25,977 nt of DNA from Candidatus Bathyarchaeia archaeon (GCA_050012255.1 JBEKHN010000025.1:1-25977), one strand, 5' to 3'; counted from the first letter of the stretch, positions 1 to 8,499 are shown. Numbers and translations: made by a program. The notes: a model not told the origin generated them from the letters alone.

Positions 1-48
1 GGTTCGAGTGGGTGTTTGCGTGCTCACACCCTCCCCCCGGGTTCACCA
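1..48 (+). tRNA. 3' end of a tRNA (truncated by the window edge) with a 23-nt insertion in the T-loop
   Basis: GGTTCGAG-[23 nt]-T-CCCCC-CGGGTTC-A-CCA matches T-loop, T-stem 3' strand, acceptor 3' strand, discriminator and CCA. The 5' part is outside the window, so isotype is unknown. Confidence 0.55.
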
Positions 49-270
49 TCTGACCCAAATATGACTGAAGAGCAAAATGAGCAGCACAAGCCACTTCCCA
101 AAAGAATTTAGGAACACGCTAGCGCGCGCTTTTTCCCATGAGGCGTTGACGATATATCAAAACGAGGAATTAAACTGTCCAACCTCGCGAGGCGTGCGCT
201 AAAAATACAAAAACATCTCGGTTGGGCTAATGCCTTGAAGGGTTCAGGCTTCTATCGGACTAACACCGGA

Positions 271-300
271 GGGATTTGAACCCAAACGGGTTCAAGTCCC
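271..300. repeat. 13-bp hairpin built from two tRNA T-arm-like sequences
   Basis: GGGATTTGAACCC-AAAC-GGGTTCAAGTCCC (one G-T pair), just downstream of the stop of the 316..609 gene. Confidence 0.7.
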
Positions 301-315
301 AACGCGCGCGCTACT

Positions 316-609
316 TCAGGCAAACAGAAATCCTAGCGCGAGGCCGATCAGGAACGCAACGGAAGAATAAGGTAAGACGTTAAGCCATCCGCTTCCGACA
401 TCGTAGAGCTTGGGCAAAAACTTCATGGCCTCATCGAAAAGGCTGGTGAAGGTCAAGCTCAGGATTCCGGTCGCGACGAGGACTATGATGAGTGCGACAA
501 CGGCTATCAGAAGTTTCAAACCTTTCTTGACTATAGCGCCTACCAGCAAGCCTATGATGAATGGTAGGACAACCGGAATTAGCCAAGCGATGTCAGGTGG
601 AATTGACAT
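316..609 (-). CDS. Small hypothetical membrane protein (about 3 TM)
   Basis: 97-aa strongly hydrophobic ORF with ATG start and an upstream TATA palindrome. Confidence 0.85.
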   Translation of the reverse strand: MSIPPDIAWLIPVVLPFIIGLLVGAIVKKGLKLLIAVVALIIVLVATGILSLTFTSLFDEAMKFLPKLYDVGSGWLNVLPYSSVAFLIGLALGFLFA

Positions 610-654
610 AGTTCTCCCGAAATTTTGGCTCTTTTTATCTACAAGTAACTTCGG

Positions 655-676
655 AAACTTTTATATATAAAAGTTT
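655..676. promoter_or_regulatory. Perfect 22-bp palindrome containing a TATA box
   Basis: AAACTTTTATATATAAAAGTTT, about 50 nt upstream of the 609 start. Confidence 0.6.
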
Positions 677-1156
677 TGCCGCAGCCCGCCCAGACCATTC
701 TACATTCAAAACGATTACTTTAAGAACTTCTATTTTTGGGATACGACGCCTCTGATGGAAACAATGGACGTGCGAGCTGCATTTCTCCCGAAACAGCGAG
801 TAACTTCGCCTTTTTGACCGTGCGAGTAATAACATGACAGAAGGCGAAATTTAACCAGCTAGTTAAACGGATTAGCGCGGGCCCGAGGGATCAATTCAGG
901 TATCTAACCAAAGCGCGCGCTAAGCGTATTTCAAAGAAATCGAGTTTGAGTTTTCTGAGAGACATTTAAGCAGATCAGCTTAATTGTCCGCTTTTTTCTT
1001 TTCAAGTTTTCGGAGGAAACAAGAGTTGCCAAGTCACAATATCTACATTCTAAGCGAATGAACTTGGTTCCTGTTCAGGACATATCGAAAAACGGAATAT
1101 TCTTGATGGAATAAGAATCTATAAGAATAAACTAGAGGATTTATACATTCGGTTAT

Positions 1157-1396
1157 TTGATGACAGCGAGTTGTCCTTATTGCGGAAGGCCATTGGCCAA
1201 AGATGCTGGCAAGGATAGGTACTCCTGTGAGAATGAAGGATGTCCAGTCGTATTCGTGCGCTACCCTGCTAACCCCTTCAAAAGAAAAGTGTACTTTGCA
1301 TCCACTGTGAAAGAAGCGACGATCAGAAGAGTCGAAAAAGCAACCGCCCATGAGATCTCTTGTTATCGCTCAACCCAACTTTCGTATGTGCAATGA
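1157..1396 (+). CDS. Small Zn-finger protein
   Basis: CPYCG...YSCENEGC pattern; TTTATA about 17 nt upstream. Confidence 0.65.
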   Translation: MMTASCPYCGRPLAKDAGKDRYSCENEGCPVVFVRYPANPFKRKVYFASTVKEATIRRVEKATAHEISCYRSTQLSYVQ

Positions 1397-1568
1397 TTCC
1401 ATTCATAGCCCGCGCGAAAGTCACCTCATGAATGCCCACAAGAAGTATAGCCTCATCTTTCCAAATACTGGCTTGCTCGGTCGAACGAGAAGCGCGCTAT
1501 TAGTTACTTCACCAAAAGAATCACGTAGTCATTATAGACCTCAGATACAACAACTTGGACTGCGCTAG

Positions 1569-1775
1569 TTATCTGTGCAGTTTTATCACTAACTTAAAAT
1601 GTTTTGGTTCTTTTAGGTTGGCGAAGACCTTGCATGCTTCCAAAATGGCGGCGCAGTGCTTGCATTGAAGAAAGGTCGATTCGCGCTTTGCGATGAACCA
1701 AAAACCTTCAGCAGATTTGCACTCTGGACAAGCCCCTGGCAATTTGCGGAAGTCTTCAATTTCCCACAAACTCAA
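1569..1775 (-). CDS. Small Zn-ribbon protein
   Basis: CPEC-x17-CKHC pairs. Confidence 0.6.
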   Translation of the reverse strand: MSLWEIEDFRKLPGACPECKSAEGFWFIAKRESTFLQCKHCAAILEACKVFANLKEPKHFKLVIKLHR

Positions 1776-1956
1776 GCTTCTCCCGAACTATTCCGAATCG
1801 TGGTCCAATTTATCCCTTATGTAATCCTGCGTCCTTTCAAGAAATTGCCAGCTAGCGGGATGGTAGCGCCCGCTTTCGCATGACCCATGCTTTTTTGTCT
1901 AGGACTACAAGCAGACATGGGTTTTAATATAGTCGCTGGGAATTGAATCCAGCCCA

Positions 1957-2208
1957 ATGGAGACATCTCGCACGCGCTGCATAGATGAGGGTCTGGCAAG
2001 TTCCGATAGGCTTAACGCTTCTGAGAAAGCTTACGTGAAGTTTGATGTTGAGAAAACGTGGAAACCAGATGAAGTGAGTGTTCTTTTTATCGCTGAGTCT
2101 CCGCCATGGAATGGTAAACAACGCTACTTTTACCGTCAGGACGTCGTTGAGAATCGCACCAACCGCGCGCGCTTACGTAACAGAAAGGAACGTGTAGAAA
2201 TATCATGA
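1957..2208 (+). pseudogene. N-terminal fragment of a uracil-DNA-glycosylase-like protein
   Basis: WKPDEVSVLFIAESPP...RYFY resembles UDG-superfamily motif A. The ORF ends at 83 aa, far shorter than a full domain. Confidence 0.55.
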
Positions 2209-2540
2209 ACCCTTAAAAGAGGCGCGCGCGGAGAAGGAGCACGCCCGCCGTGGCGATAAACCGCTATTACATCCAAACCAAAATATGAACGTGCAGACTT
2301 GAGATTTCTGTCATCTCAACATAGCGCTCGCGCGCGCGACATTTCGCGCATGCGAAATAAAAGCAGAACTATAAGGATTCGGACCGTTTCCGGCATTGGT
2401 CTCTAGGGACCCATACCTAAAAGGGTGCGGGCCCCATTTCCCCCCAAGCGCGCGCTCTCAAAACATGTTCGGAAGAGAGAAAGCGCACACTAGGAGACGA
2501 ACTCGTCTTTATTAGCATAGATTCGCAAACTCGTATTCAA

Positions 2541-3581
2541 GTGATCTCAACGATGAGGCGAGTCTGTAACTATTTCAGTGAAGAAAAAAACACTAGCTAT
2601 TATCTGGAAACCTTCTGGCTGGGACTGAGGCTCTATCGTGGACTATTCGCAAACTCCCTTGGAGTGAGGGCTCCACTGTTTTGTGGGCACAAGCTAACAT
2701 ACAACTGCAATCTCCGATGCAAGATGTGCCCCTTCTGGAAAAGATCCAGCACTGATCCCAGTCTAGAGAAGGAAAAGGCAATTCTGAAGCAGATTCATGA
2801 TTCGGGCGTTTTTGGGATTGCGTTTGAAGGAGGAGAACCGCTCCTGAGAAGTGACTTGGTCAACATTCTTGCTTTTTCCAGGTCTCTGGCTTTGCATACA
2901 AGCCTTGTCACTAATGGAACTCTCCTAGAATCCAGAATAGATGAGATAGCACCGTACATCAACGGCGTCATCTATGTTTCGTTGGATGGTCTAGAAAAAA
3001 CTCATGACACGATTAGAGGAGTCAGTGGATGCTTCAAAAAAGCGATAGAAGGCATAATCGCATCCAACGAGAAGGTTTCCGTGACAATCAACACAACAAT
3101 AATGACAGATAATCTCCACGAGATAGAAGACATAGTGAAGTTGGCGAAGGAACTGCACACAGGAATATCCGTGACCGTAGCTCACAAGTATTGTAACGCG
3201 GATGTGTCTGCACCTACCGCAGACGAGACTGCAGAGATAGCCAAAAAACTCATTGAAATGAAGAAAAAAGGATATCCTCTTGTCAATTCAATCAATTATT
3301 TCAGAGTCATGGCAAAAGAAAGAAATTGGAAGTGTAGACCCTGGGCAGCAATCAACGTAGATCCAAAGGGAAACTTGGTTCTACCTTGTTATGTCGGTAA
3401 TGAATACGCAACCAGCGTTTCTATTCTTGAAACAGGCATCAAAACCGCAATCTCTGGATTTAGCTGGAAAGTAGCAGAGAACTGCCAGAAATGCATTCTC
3501 CACTGTTACGTGGAGCCTTCCTTGGTGCTTTCATCGGATTCCTTAGCCAGTCTCAATTGGGTATTTCGAGTCAGGATCTAG
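2541..3581 (+). CDS. Radical SAM protein with C-terminal SPASM/twitch-like Cys cluster (possibly archaeal PTO1314 family)
   Basis: CNLRCKMC, GGEPLL, TNG, VSLDG motifs; C-terminal C...PC...CQKC-x3-C. Exact start uncertain. Confidence 0.92.
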   Translation: MISTMRRVCNYFSEEKNTSYYLETFWLGLRLYRGLFANSLGVRAPLFCGHKLTYNCNLRCKMCPFWKRSSTDPSLEKEKAILKQIHDSGVFGIAFEGGEPLLRSDLVNILAFSRSLALHTSLVTNGTLLESRIDEIAPYINGVIYVSLDGLEKTHDTIRGVSGCFKKAIEGIIASNEKVSVTINTTIMTDNLHEIEDIVKLAKELHTGISVTVAHKYCNADVSAPTADETAEIAKKLIEMKKKGYPLVNSINYFRVMAKERNWKCRPWAAINVDPKGNLVLPCYVGNEYATSVSILETGIKTAISGFSWKVAENCQKCILHCYVEPSLVLSSDSLASLNWVFRVRI

Positions 3582-3800
3582 CGCGCGCGGAAAACCATCA
3601 GTCTTGGTTTTGCGTCTCCACAAGTGAAGTCGACTAGAACCGATGGCCAACTGCTTGTTCTCCACTAGTCCTCGTTTCCTTGCTTGCACAAGATACTTTG
3701 ACATGGTCCCAACGCCTAGACAGGCGTTCTTGGCAAGGTTTCTAGAATTTATCCAGAAACCACGTGGCATTTCATCAATCGCCTTTTCTGCTCCACTCAT
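3543..3800 (-). CDS. Small winged-helix-like DNA-binding protein
   Basis: SRNLAKNACLGVGTMSKYLVQARKRGLVE HTH/wing pattern. ATG at 3800 chosen; the 3' end overlaps the radical SAM stop. Confidence 0.55.
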   Translation of the reverse strand: MSGAEKAIDEMPRGFWINSRNLAKNACLGVGTMSKYLVQARKRGLVENKQLAIGSSRLHLWRRKTKTDGFPRALDPDSKYPIETG

Positions 3801-3901
3801 TTTCGTGATGTTCGTCAAGACACCGCTGCTCCTGTTCAAAAGCTACTATAGCATTCGTCGAAGGTTCTACTGACTTAAGAAGGTAGCGACGATCCCCCGC
3901 G

Positions 3902-4009
3902 CTACTTGCACCTTCTGAAGATCATCAGACCTTCATAGGTACAGACGAACGCAAATCCAGCCTGGATAGGCTTTTGAGCCTCACCTGCGTGCATCTCTTG
4001 AAGCCTCAC
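3902..4009 (-). pseudogene. Possible C-terminal remnant of a tyrosine integrase
   Basis: Manual translation ...EAQKPIQAGFAFVCTYEGLMIFRRCK* resembles the EA..LIE.GFEYVC...FRKRK tail I recall from bathyarchaeal integrases. No catalytic core is present. Confidence 0.4.
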
Positions 4010-4093
4010 TCACTTGTAGATCGATCTCAGAATCTCCCCAAGACTGAAACGCAGGGTAGCTTCCGGGAACTGGAAAAAAAATGACTGTGGGTT

Positions 4094-4246
4094 TTATCTT
4101 TGTTCTTTCACCAATAGCAGTCTCTTTGCGATCTCTTTAGAGATCTTTCCAAGGCCCTCAGCTAATTCTGCTCGGGAAACATCATCTATCGGATACACCT
4201 TTCCATTCTTATCGATGAAGACCAGGTCCAACTTCCTTTTTTCCAT
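4094..4246 (-). CDS. 50-aa hypothetical protein (not in ORF track)
   Basis: GAGGTGA Shine-Dalgarno, then ATG; MEKRKLDLVFIDKNGKVYPIDDVSRAELAEGLGKISKEIAKRLLLVKEQR*. Confidence 0.6.
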   Translation of the reverse strand: MEKRKLDLVFIDKNGKVYPIDDVSRAELAEGLGKISKEIAKRLLLVKEQR

Positions 4247-4368
4247 TCTTTCACCTCTTTTGCATTCTATTGTTCACTTTTTAGTCTTTGTGGGAGCCAG
4301 CTTGGCTCGACAAAGAGAGTAACCCCTTTTTTGCCAATTAACTCTCTCCTTCTCTTTCTGTTTCTTGA

Positions 4369-4569
4369 CTAGTGCGCGTGCGCTGACCCTGAATGAAACG
4401 TTTGTCCAGAATGTTTGGGTATGGTGTGACTCAACCTTCCCTTTCGATAATATGCCTTGAATGTCTTCTTGCATTTGGAGCAAACAAAAAGCTTGACGTG
4501 GAAATCAGCAAATTCCCACTCCGTCGATGAATCTAATACTTCGCTTCCACACCTAGGACACAACACCAT
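4369..4569 (-). CDS. Small Zn-ribbon protein
   Basis: MVLCPRCG...W...VKLFVCSKCKKTFKAYY; ATG at 4569. Confidence 0.7.
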   Translation of the reverse strand: MVLCPRCGSEVLDSSTEWEFADFHVKLFVCSKCKKTFKAYYRKGRLSHTIPKHSGQTFHSGSAHAH

Positions 4570-4833
4570 TGTCTGATCCAATTTGACTATCAGCAAAACC
4601 AAAGATAAAAGTTTCGAAAGCGAAACTCAATGCTCTTTCCAGTTTCGTCTGGGCAAGCTTCCATAAGTATTTCACAGCACGCACTTAGTATTAACCTTAA
4701 AAAATCTTGGCAACAGAAAAAGAAGTGGTTCCGTTTGGCTTATCTTAGTAATTTCAAGCTTTCTTAGACCGCGCGCGCTTGCTGGCCATATCTACTAAGA
4801 TACTGAAAGAAGAATTGCTTGATACTGTGAGAA

Positions 4834-5553
4834 TCACCTGTGTTCGTGAATCCACCCATGGTCAGCGTAGATCTTTCTTATCGCGGCTGATGTCAGGAAA
4901 TCGATGAATTTCTCGGACAGCTTCAAATTCTTACTGTAGGAGATTATGCCGACTACTGTGCTTCTGAAGACCTGAAGATTCTGGGGGAGTTCGATTATCT
5001 CGCAAGTGTCTGGCCATACACTCTGGAACGCATTCCATCCGAATATGGCGTCAACCTTGTCCGAGTGGATTAGACTCATCAGAGAGCCACATGCGTCTGC
5101 ATGATGGGTGATGTTTCGACGTATCTGGTCTGCCAGTCCTGCTTTGCTCGCTACGTCGTCCCACACGCCCTTCAGGCATCCTTCAACAGCTATTCCGATT
5201 CGAACGTTTTTCCTGCAAAGGTCTTTGAGAGAAGCGATTTTTGCTGGGTTTCCAACGGGAACAATTATGACGGATCTTCGATAGCCCAGACTCTTTCTCG
5301 AGCCTTTGATTATCAGTCCTCGATCTTCTGCGTCATCTAGGATGTACTCGGCTCCAGAAGAGAAGACGTCGCCTTTTTTAAATTTGGCTATTTCTCTCAA
5401 AAGGTCTTCTGGCTTGCCTATTCTCAAGTCGCATTTTACCTTGGAGTCTTTTTCAAAAATAGCTATCGCTTCACGGAGAGGGGGAGCAACTGCACCGGCA
5501 GAATATACCTTGAGCTGCTGCTTTTCAAAGGGCACTAAAATCATCAATGACAT
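4834..5553 (-). CDS. modA: Molybdate/tungstate ABC substrate-binding-like protein, no signal peptide
   Basis: LKVYSAGAV, GDVFSSG, IIVPVGNPAKIASLKDL, VDAIFGW and FIDFLTS...IYADHGW motifs of the ModA fold. Confidence 0.75.
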   Translation of the reverse strand: MSLMILVPFEKQQLKVYSAGAVAPPLREAIAIFEKDSKVKCDLRIGKPEDLLREIAKFKKGDVFSSGAEYILDDAEDRGLIIKGSRKSLGYRRSVIIVPVGNPAKIASLKDLCRKNVRIGIAVEGCLKGVWDDVASKAGLADQIRRNITHHADACGSLMSLIHSDKVDAIFGWNAFQSVWPDTCEIIELPQNLQVFRSTVVGIISYSKNLKLSEKFIDFLTSAAIRKIYADHGWIHEHR

Positions 5554-5686
5554 GGCTTATTCTTTTGATGAATAATAACTTTTAGCGCCCGATTAAATGC
5601 TAGTTGCTTCGAGCCCAATGCATTGCAGTATGCGTCTATTTCTATTGAGCTTGAACTCGAACGAGTTCGGACCTCCGTGGTTCCAT

Positions 5687-5741
5687 ACCCAAATAGTGGC
5701 GGGCCCGACGGGAATTGAACCCGTGGCCTACGGATTAAGAG
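5687..5741 (-). repeat. att site: copy of the tRNA-Lys 3' half plus 10 nt of downstream sequence
   Basis: ACCCAAATAGTGGCGGGCCCGACGGGAATTGAACCCGTGGCCTACGGATTAAGAG is identical to 8445..8499 and ends at the anticodon-loop boundary. Confidence 0.95.
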
Positions 5742-6646
5742 AATGGCCTACGGCCATAAGTCTCGCGCACGTACCGAAACCAAGAACGCTAGAACCAGTC
5801 GATTTCAACGAATACGCCAAATTTCTAGCTTCTACTCACTGTCGCAAAACCGCGAAAGATTTGCTGAGCTACACAAAACAGAATTGGCACTGTCTAGCAA
5901 CAAACGATCTATCGACACTAAACGCTTTCGCACCAAACAAACGCCGACACGCATTAGCCGCGCTCGCAAATCTGAGTCGATTTCTTGGATGTTATGAACA
6001 CTATCGAAGTTTGATCAGAAACTACGGTTTGAAATGGGAATCAACAAAGGCTGAAGACTTGATCTTAGCGCGATTGAGCAAGACCGAAAGTGACGGCTCG
6101 GTTCTCGAATGGATCAGAATGGTTCAAACGAAACTACCACACTTCAGAACTTTTCTTGAATTCCACGTGATAAGCGGTTTACGATTTTGTGAAGCCTTGT
6201 CCAGCTACAACCTGATAATCGAACTTTCCGAAAGCGGAAAACTTGGCCAATACTACAACGCTGAAAAAGAAGTTTTAGAGCATTATCGATTCCGAAAGAT
6301 ATTTCTACGAAAGAACAAGAAAGCGTTCGTAAGTTTCGTTCCAAAAGGCATAATCGAAGACATAAGCCAAAGCAAAAGAATCACTTTCGACCAAATAAGA
6401 AACCAGATAAAGAGACGTGGCATTAAACCAAAATTCGCGGATTCGCGTGAATACTTCGCCACATCCATGACACGACATCTATCGTTTCCAGAAGTCGATT
6501 TTCTGCAAGGCCGAGTCTCAGCGTCGATCTTCATGCGACACTATTTCAATCCAGCGTTGATTCCAGATTTGAAAGACAGAACATTCAAAGGCGTTGACGA
6601 AATCCAAAATCAGCTACATTGCGCACAGATGGCACATATATCTTAA
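5696..6646 (+). CDS. int: SSV1-like tyrosine integrase, C-terminal (catalytic) part int(C)
   Basis: SGLRFCE, DSREYFATSM and VDFLQGR...FMRHY correspond to SSV1 Int motifs. The N-terminus VAGPTGIEPVAYG is encoded by the tRNA antisense strand; GTG at 5696. Confidence 0.9.
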   Translation: MAGPTGIEPVAYGLREWPTAISLAHVPKPRTLEPVDFNEYAKFLASTHCRKTAKDLLSYTKQNWHCLATNDLSTLNAFAPNKRRHALAALANLSRFLGCYEHYRSLIRNYGLKWESTKAEDLILARLSKTESDGSVLEWIRMVQTKLPHFRTFLEFHVISGLRFCEALSSYNLIIELSESGKLGQYYNAEKEVLEHYRFRKIFLRKNKKAFVSFVPKGIIEDISQSKRITFDQIRNQIKRRGIKPKFADSREYFATSMTRHLSFPEVDFLQGRVSASIFMRHYFNPALIPDLKDRTFKGVDEIQNQLHCAQMAHIS

Positions 6647-6812
6647 ACCCATTTTTCTTTCTTTTTTGTTTAACGCCGTTTTCAATTTCTGAAACACGGT
6701 TATCTAATTTGTGGATTTTTCCTTTTACCACTTCGCGCGAAGTTTTCTTGCCTTCATATTCCTCTTTCAACTTGACTAGAGCCTTTTCTATGCCGTGACT
6801 GACAGAACCGAG
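6585..6812 (-). pseudogene. Possible truncated ribbon-helix-helix protein remnant
   Basis: The in-frame extension upstream of the 6770 TTG reads LGSVSHGIEKALVKLKEEY (RHH second helix-like) and is cut by TAA at 6813-6815. Confidence 0.35.
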
Positions 6813-6818
6813 TTACTT

Positions 6819-7301
6819 CTATATTTCTGTAATTTCCAATTTCCCTTTAATTTTCTCTAAAGTTTCTTTCAAATAAGGTAATGCCTTTTTGTTAGTTTCG
6901 ATTGACACTCCTTTTGGAGATATTGCCCTTAGGAAATATCCATCATCCTTACTATTCGGAAAAGTTCTCTTTATATTAAAAGCCGTCATACGATGACAAG
7001 CATGATTTCTTATTTCTGCTAACTCATTCATCCATGGTTCCCAAGAGTAATTACGAAATCTCTTTCCGAATCTTAGTTCAAGAGCCATATGCATATCATT
7101 CAGACAATCTTTTATCAAATCTCTAATTCTTCCAGAATTTCCTAATCGGTCTTTGTATTCTTTTGCTTTTGCGAGTTTCACAATCTTCAAACATTTAACA
7201 TAGGCTTGAAGGTATCTTGTTTTCGGAAGCCTATCCTTGTCTTTCGGAGAAAATATCTCTTTTTCCAGAAGCAAATCATATTCACAAAAAGGACATTTCA
7301 T
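6819..7301 (-). CDS. Putative HEPN-domain protein with N-terminal CxxC
   Basis: Helical 160-aa protein with EIRNHACH (R-x4-H) motif. Confidence 0.6.
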   Translation of the reverse strand: MKCPFCEYDLLLEKEIFSPKDKDRLPKTRYLQAYVKCLKIVKLAKAKEYKDRLGNSGRIRDLIKDCLNDMHMALELRFGKRFRNYSWEPWMNELAEIRNHACHRMTAFNIKRTFPNSKDDGYFLRAISPKGVSIETNKKALPYLKETLEKIKGKLEITEI

Positions 7302-7505
7302 TTCTTCATTCTACTCCTAGTTTGTCTTCTGTTCTTGTGCAGATTTAAGATTTCTGTCTTTGAGGAAAATTACAGGAAATTACAACGATACCTCTCGCTT
7401 CAGGTTTGACAAAAAAACGTGGCTCGGATGCTGAGTGAACATTGCGGTTAATTCTTGAAAATCAGATAAGTCACTTACTAACATATATCAAAAAGGTTTG
7501 AAATC

Positions 7506-7940
7506 ATGGCTGAACTACCACTTGAACTTGGAATAGTAGCCTCATTCATTGCTGCTATTCTTACAGCTACCTTTGCTCATTTATGGACACTTAGAAGAGA
7601 GAACGATTCTAAGAAAATGAAGATTATAGGATGGCTTGAATGGTTGAAGATGTTCTTAGAAACGACCGACCAATTCCGCTATAAAGAACAGAAAATCAAT
7701 AAATTACCTTGGTGGGCCGACCATGCTATGCAAGACATAGGCGAATCTTTGTATTTGGTGACTGAAAATACACGTAGAAATTTGCTAGGTTTAATCAATG
7801 AATGTTGGCTTGAAGAACCTGTCGTCGAATATTTAGAAGGACACAACGGCAAAATTTTGGACGTATTATACGACAAGAGCAAAGTTCAAACTATGAAGAG
7901 GAACATTGATATACTTATCAAACAAATTATAGACCCGTAG
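7506..7940 (+). CDS. Membrane-anchored hypothetical protein
   Basis: Single N-terminal TM (LGIVASFIAAILTATFAHLW) followed by a soluble helical domain; AT-rich. Confidence 0.75.
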   Translation: MAELPLELGIVASFIAAILTATFAHLWTLRRENDSKKMKIIGWLEWLKMFLETTDQFRYKEQKINKLPWWADHAMQDIGESLYLVTENTRRNLLGLINECWLEEPVVEYLEGHNGKILDVLYDKSKVQTMKRNIDILIKQIIDP

Positions 7941-7981
7941 TTTTTCTGTTCTACGCTTTTGTTCCTTTTGTCTTTCTTCGT

Positions 7982-8101
7982 TTATTTCTTTCTAACTTCC
8001 TTGAGCGTGTGTTTCTTCCGCTTTCCATTGATTTCGTTGTTTGCTTCAATGACCAATTCTTTAATTTGCGCTCGCATCGACTCTTTCATTCTTTCGGCCA
8101 T
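7982..8101 (-). CDS. 39-aa basic peptide (not in ORF track)
   Basis: MAERMKESMRAQIKELVIEANNEINGKRKKHTLKEVRKK*; TTTAAA at 8125-8130 upstream; divergent from 8201. Confidence 0.4.
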   Translation of the reverse strand: MAERMKESMRAQIKELVIEANNEINGKRKKHTLKEVRKK

Positions 8102-8135
8102 CCTAATCGCTGCAACTGTTCGAGTTTAAAGTGTG

Positions 8136-8404
8136 CTACACAAAACTTTTAAGGTGGTGTTGACATAGTTCACTACACAAAACATAAGGAGAAAAGAAGA
8201 ATGACGCAAAAAGTGAAATGTCCAGTATGCGGTCAACAAGGCGTTTTAATGTGGAAAAACACGACGACATTCGCTAAAGGCCATATGTATCGCTATCGAA
8301 AACTCTACGTCTATCACAACAAGACGCACGGGCAAAAATGGTGTTACCTGAAACCCGAACAGATTAAGGCACTCGGCGACACTACACAAAAAGCTACACA
8401 AAAC
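8136..8404 (+). repeat. CTACACAAAA(C) boxes at 8136, 8173, 8382, 8394 (fifth copy at 5869)
   Basis: Exact 10-11-mer direct repeats, all inside the element. Confidence 0.8.
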
Positions 8405-8422
8405 ACGGCAATCAAGAACTAA
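8201..8422 (+). CDS. Zn-finger protein, probable integrase N-terminal part int(N)
   Basis: CPVCG...KLYVYH...KWCYL resembles the SSV1 Int N-domain (YYVYK...KERYVG). It points into the right att; AGGAG SD upstream. Confidence 0.7.
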   Translation: MTQKVKCPVCGQQGVLMWKNTTTFAKGHMYRYRKLYVYHNKTHGQKWCYLKPEQIKALGDTTQKATQNTAIKN

Positions 8423-8444
8423 GAAATCAGCTTGTTTTCCCAAA

Positions 8445-8499
8445 ACCCAAATAGTGGCGGGCCCGACGGGAATTGAACCCGTGGCCTACGGATTAAGAG
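8445..8499 (-). repeat. att site overlapping the intact tRNA-Lys
   Basis: Identical to 5687..5741. Confidence 0.95.

Larger units (their letters stand above)
5687..8499. mobile_element. SSV1-type integrative element inserted in tRNA-Lys (excised circle would be 2758 bp)
   Basis: Perfect 55-bp direct repeats at both ends, one overlapping an intact tRNA; integrase reading through att; AT-rich cargo. Confidence 0.93.

Noticed and set aside
5597-5686. N-terminal 30 aa of the 349-aa integrase ORF
   Set aside because: Lies outside the att boundary in host DNA, so it is a fortuitous open extension
5697-5741. Second tRNA-Lys gene
   Set aside because: Only the 3' half up to the anticodon loop is present; it is the att duplicate
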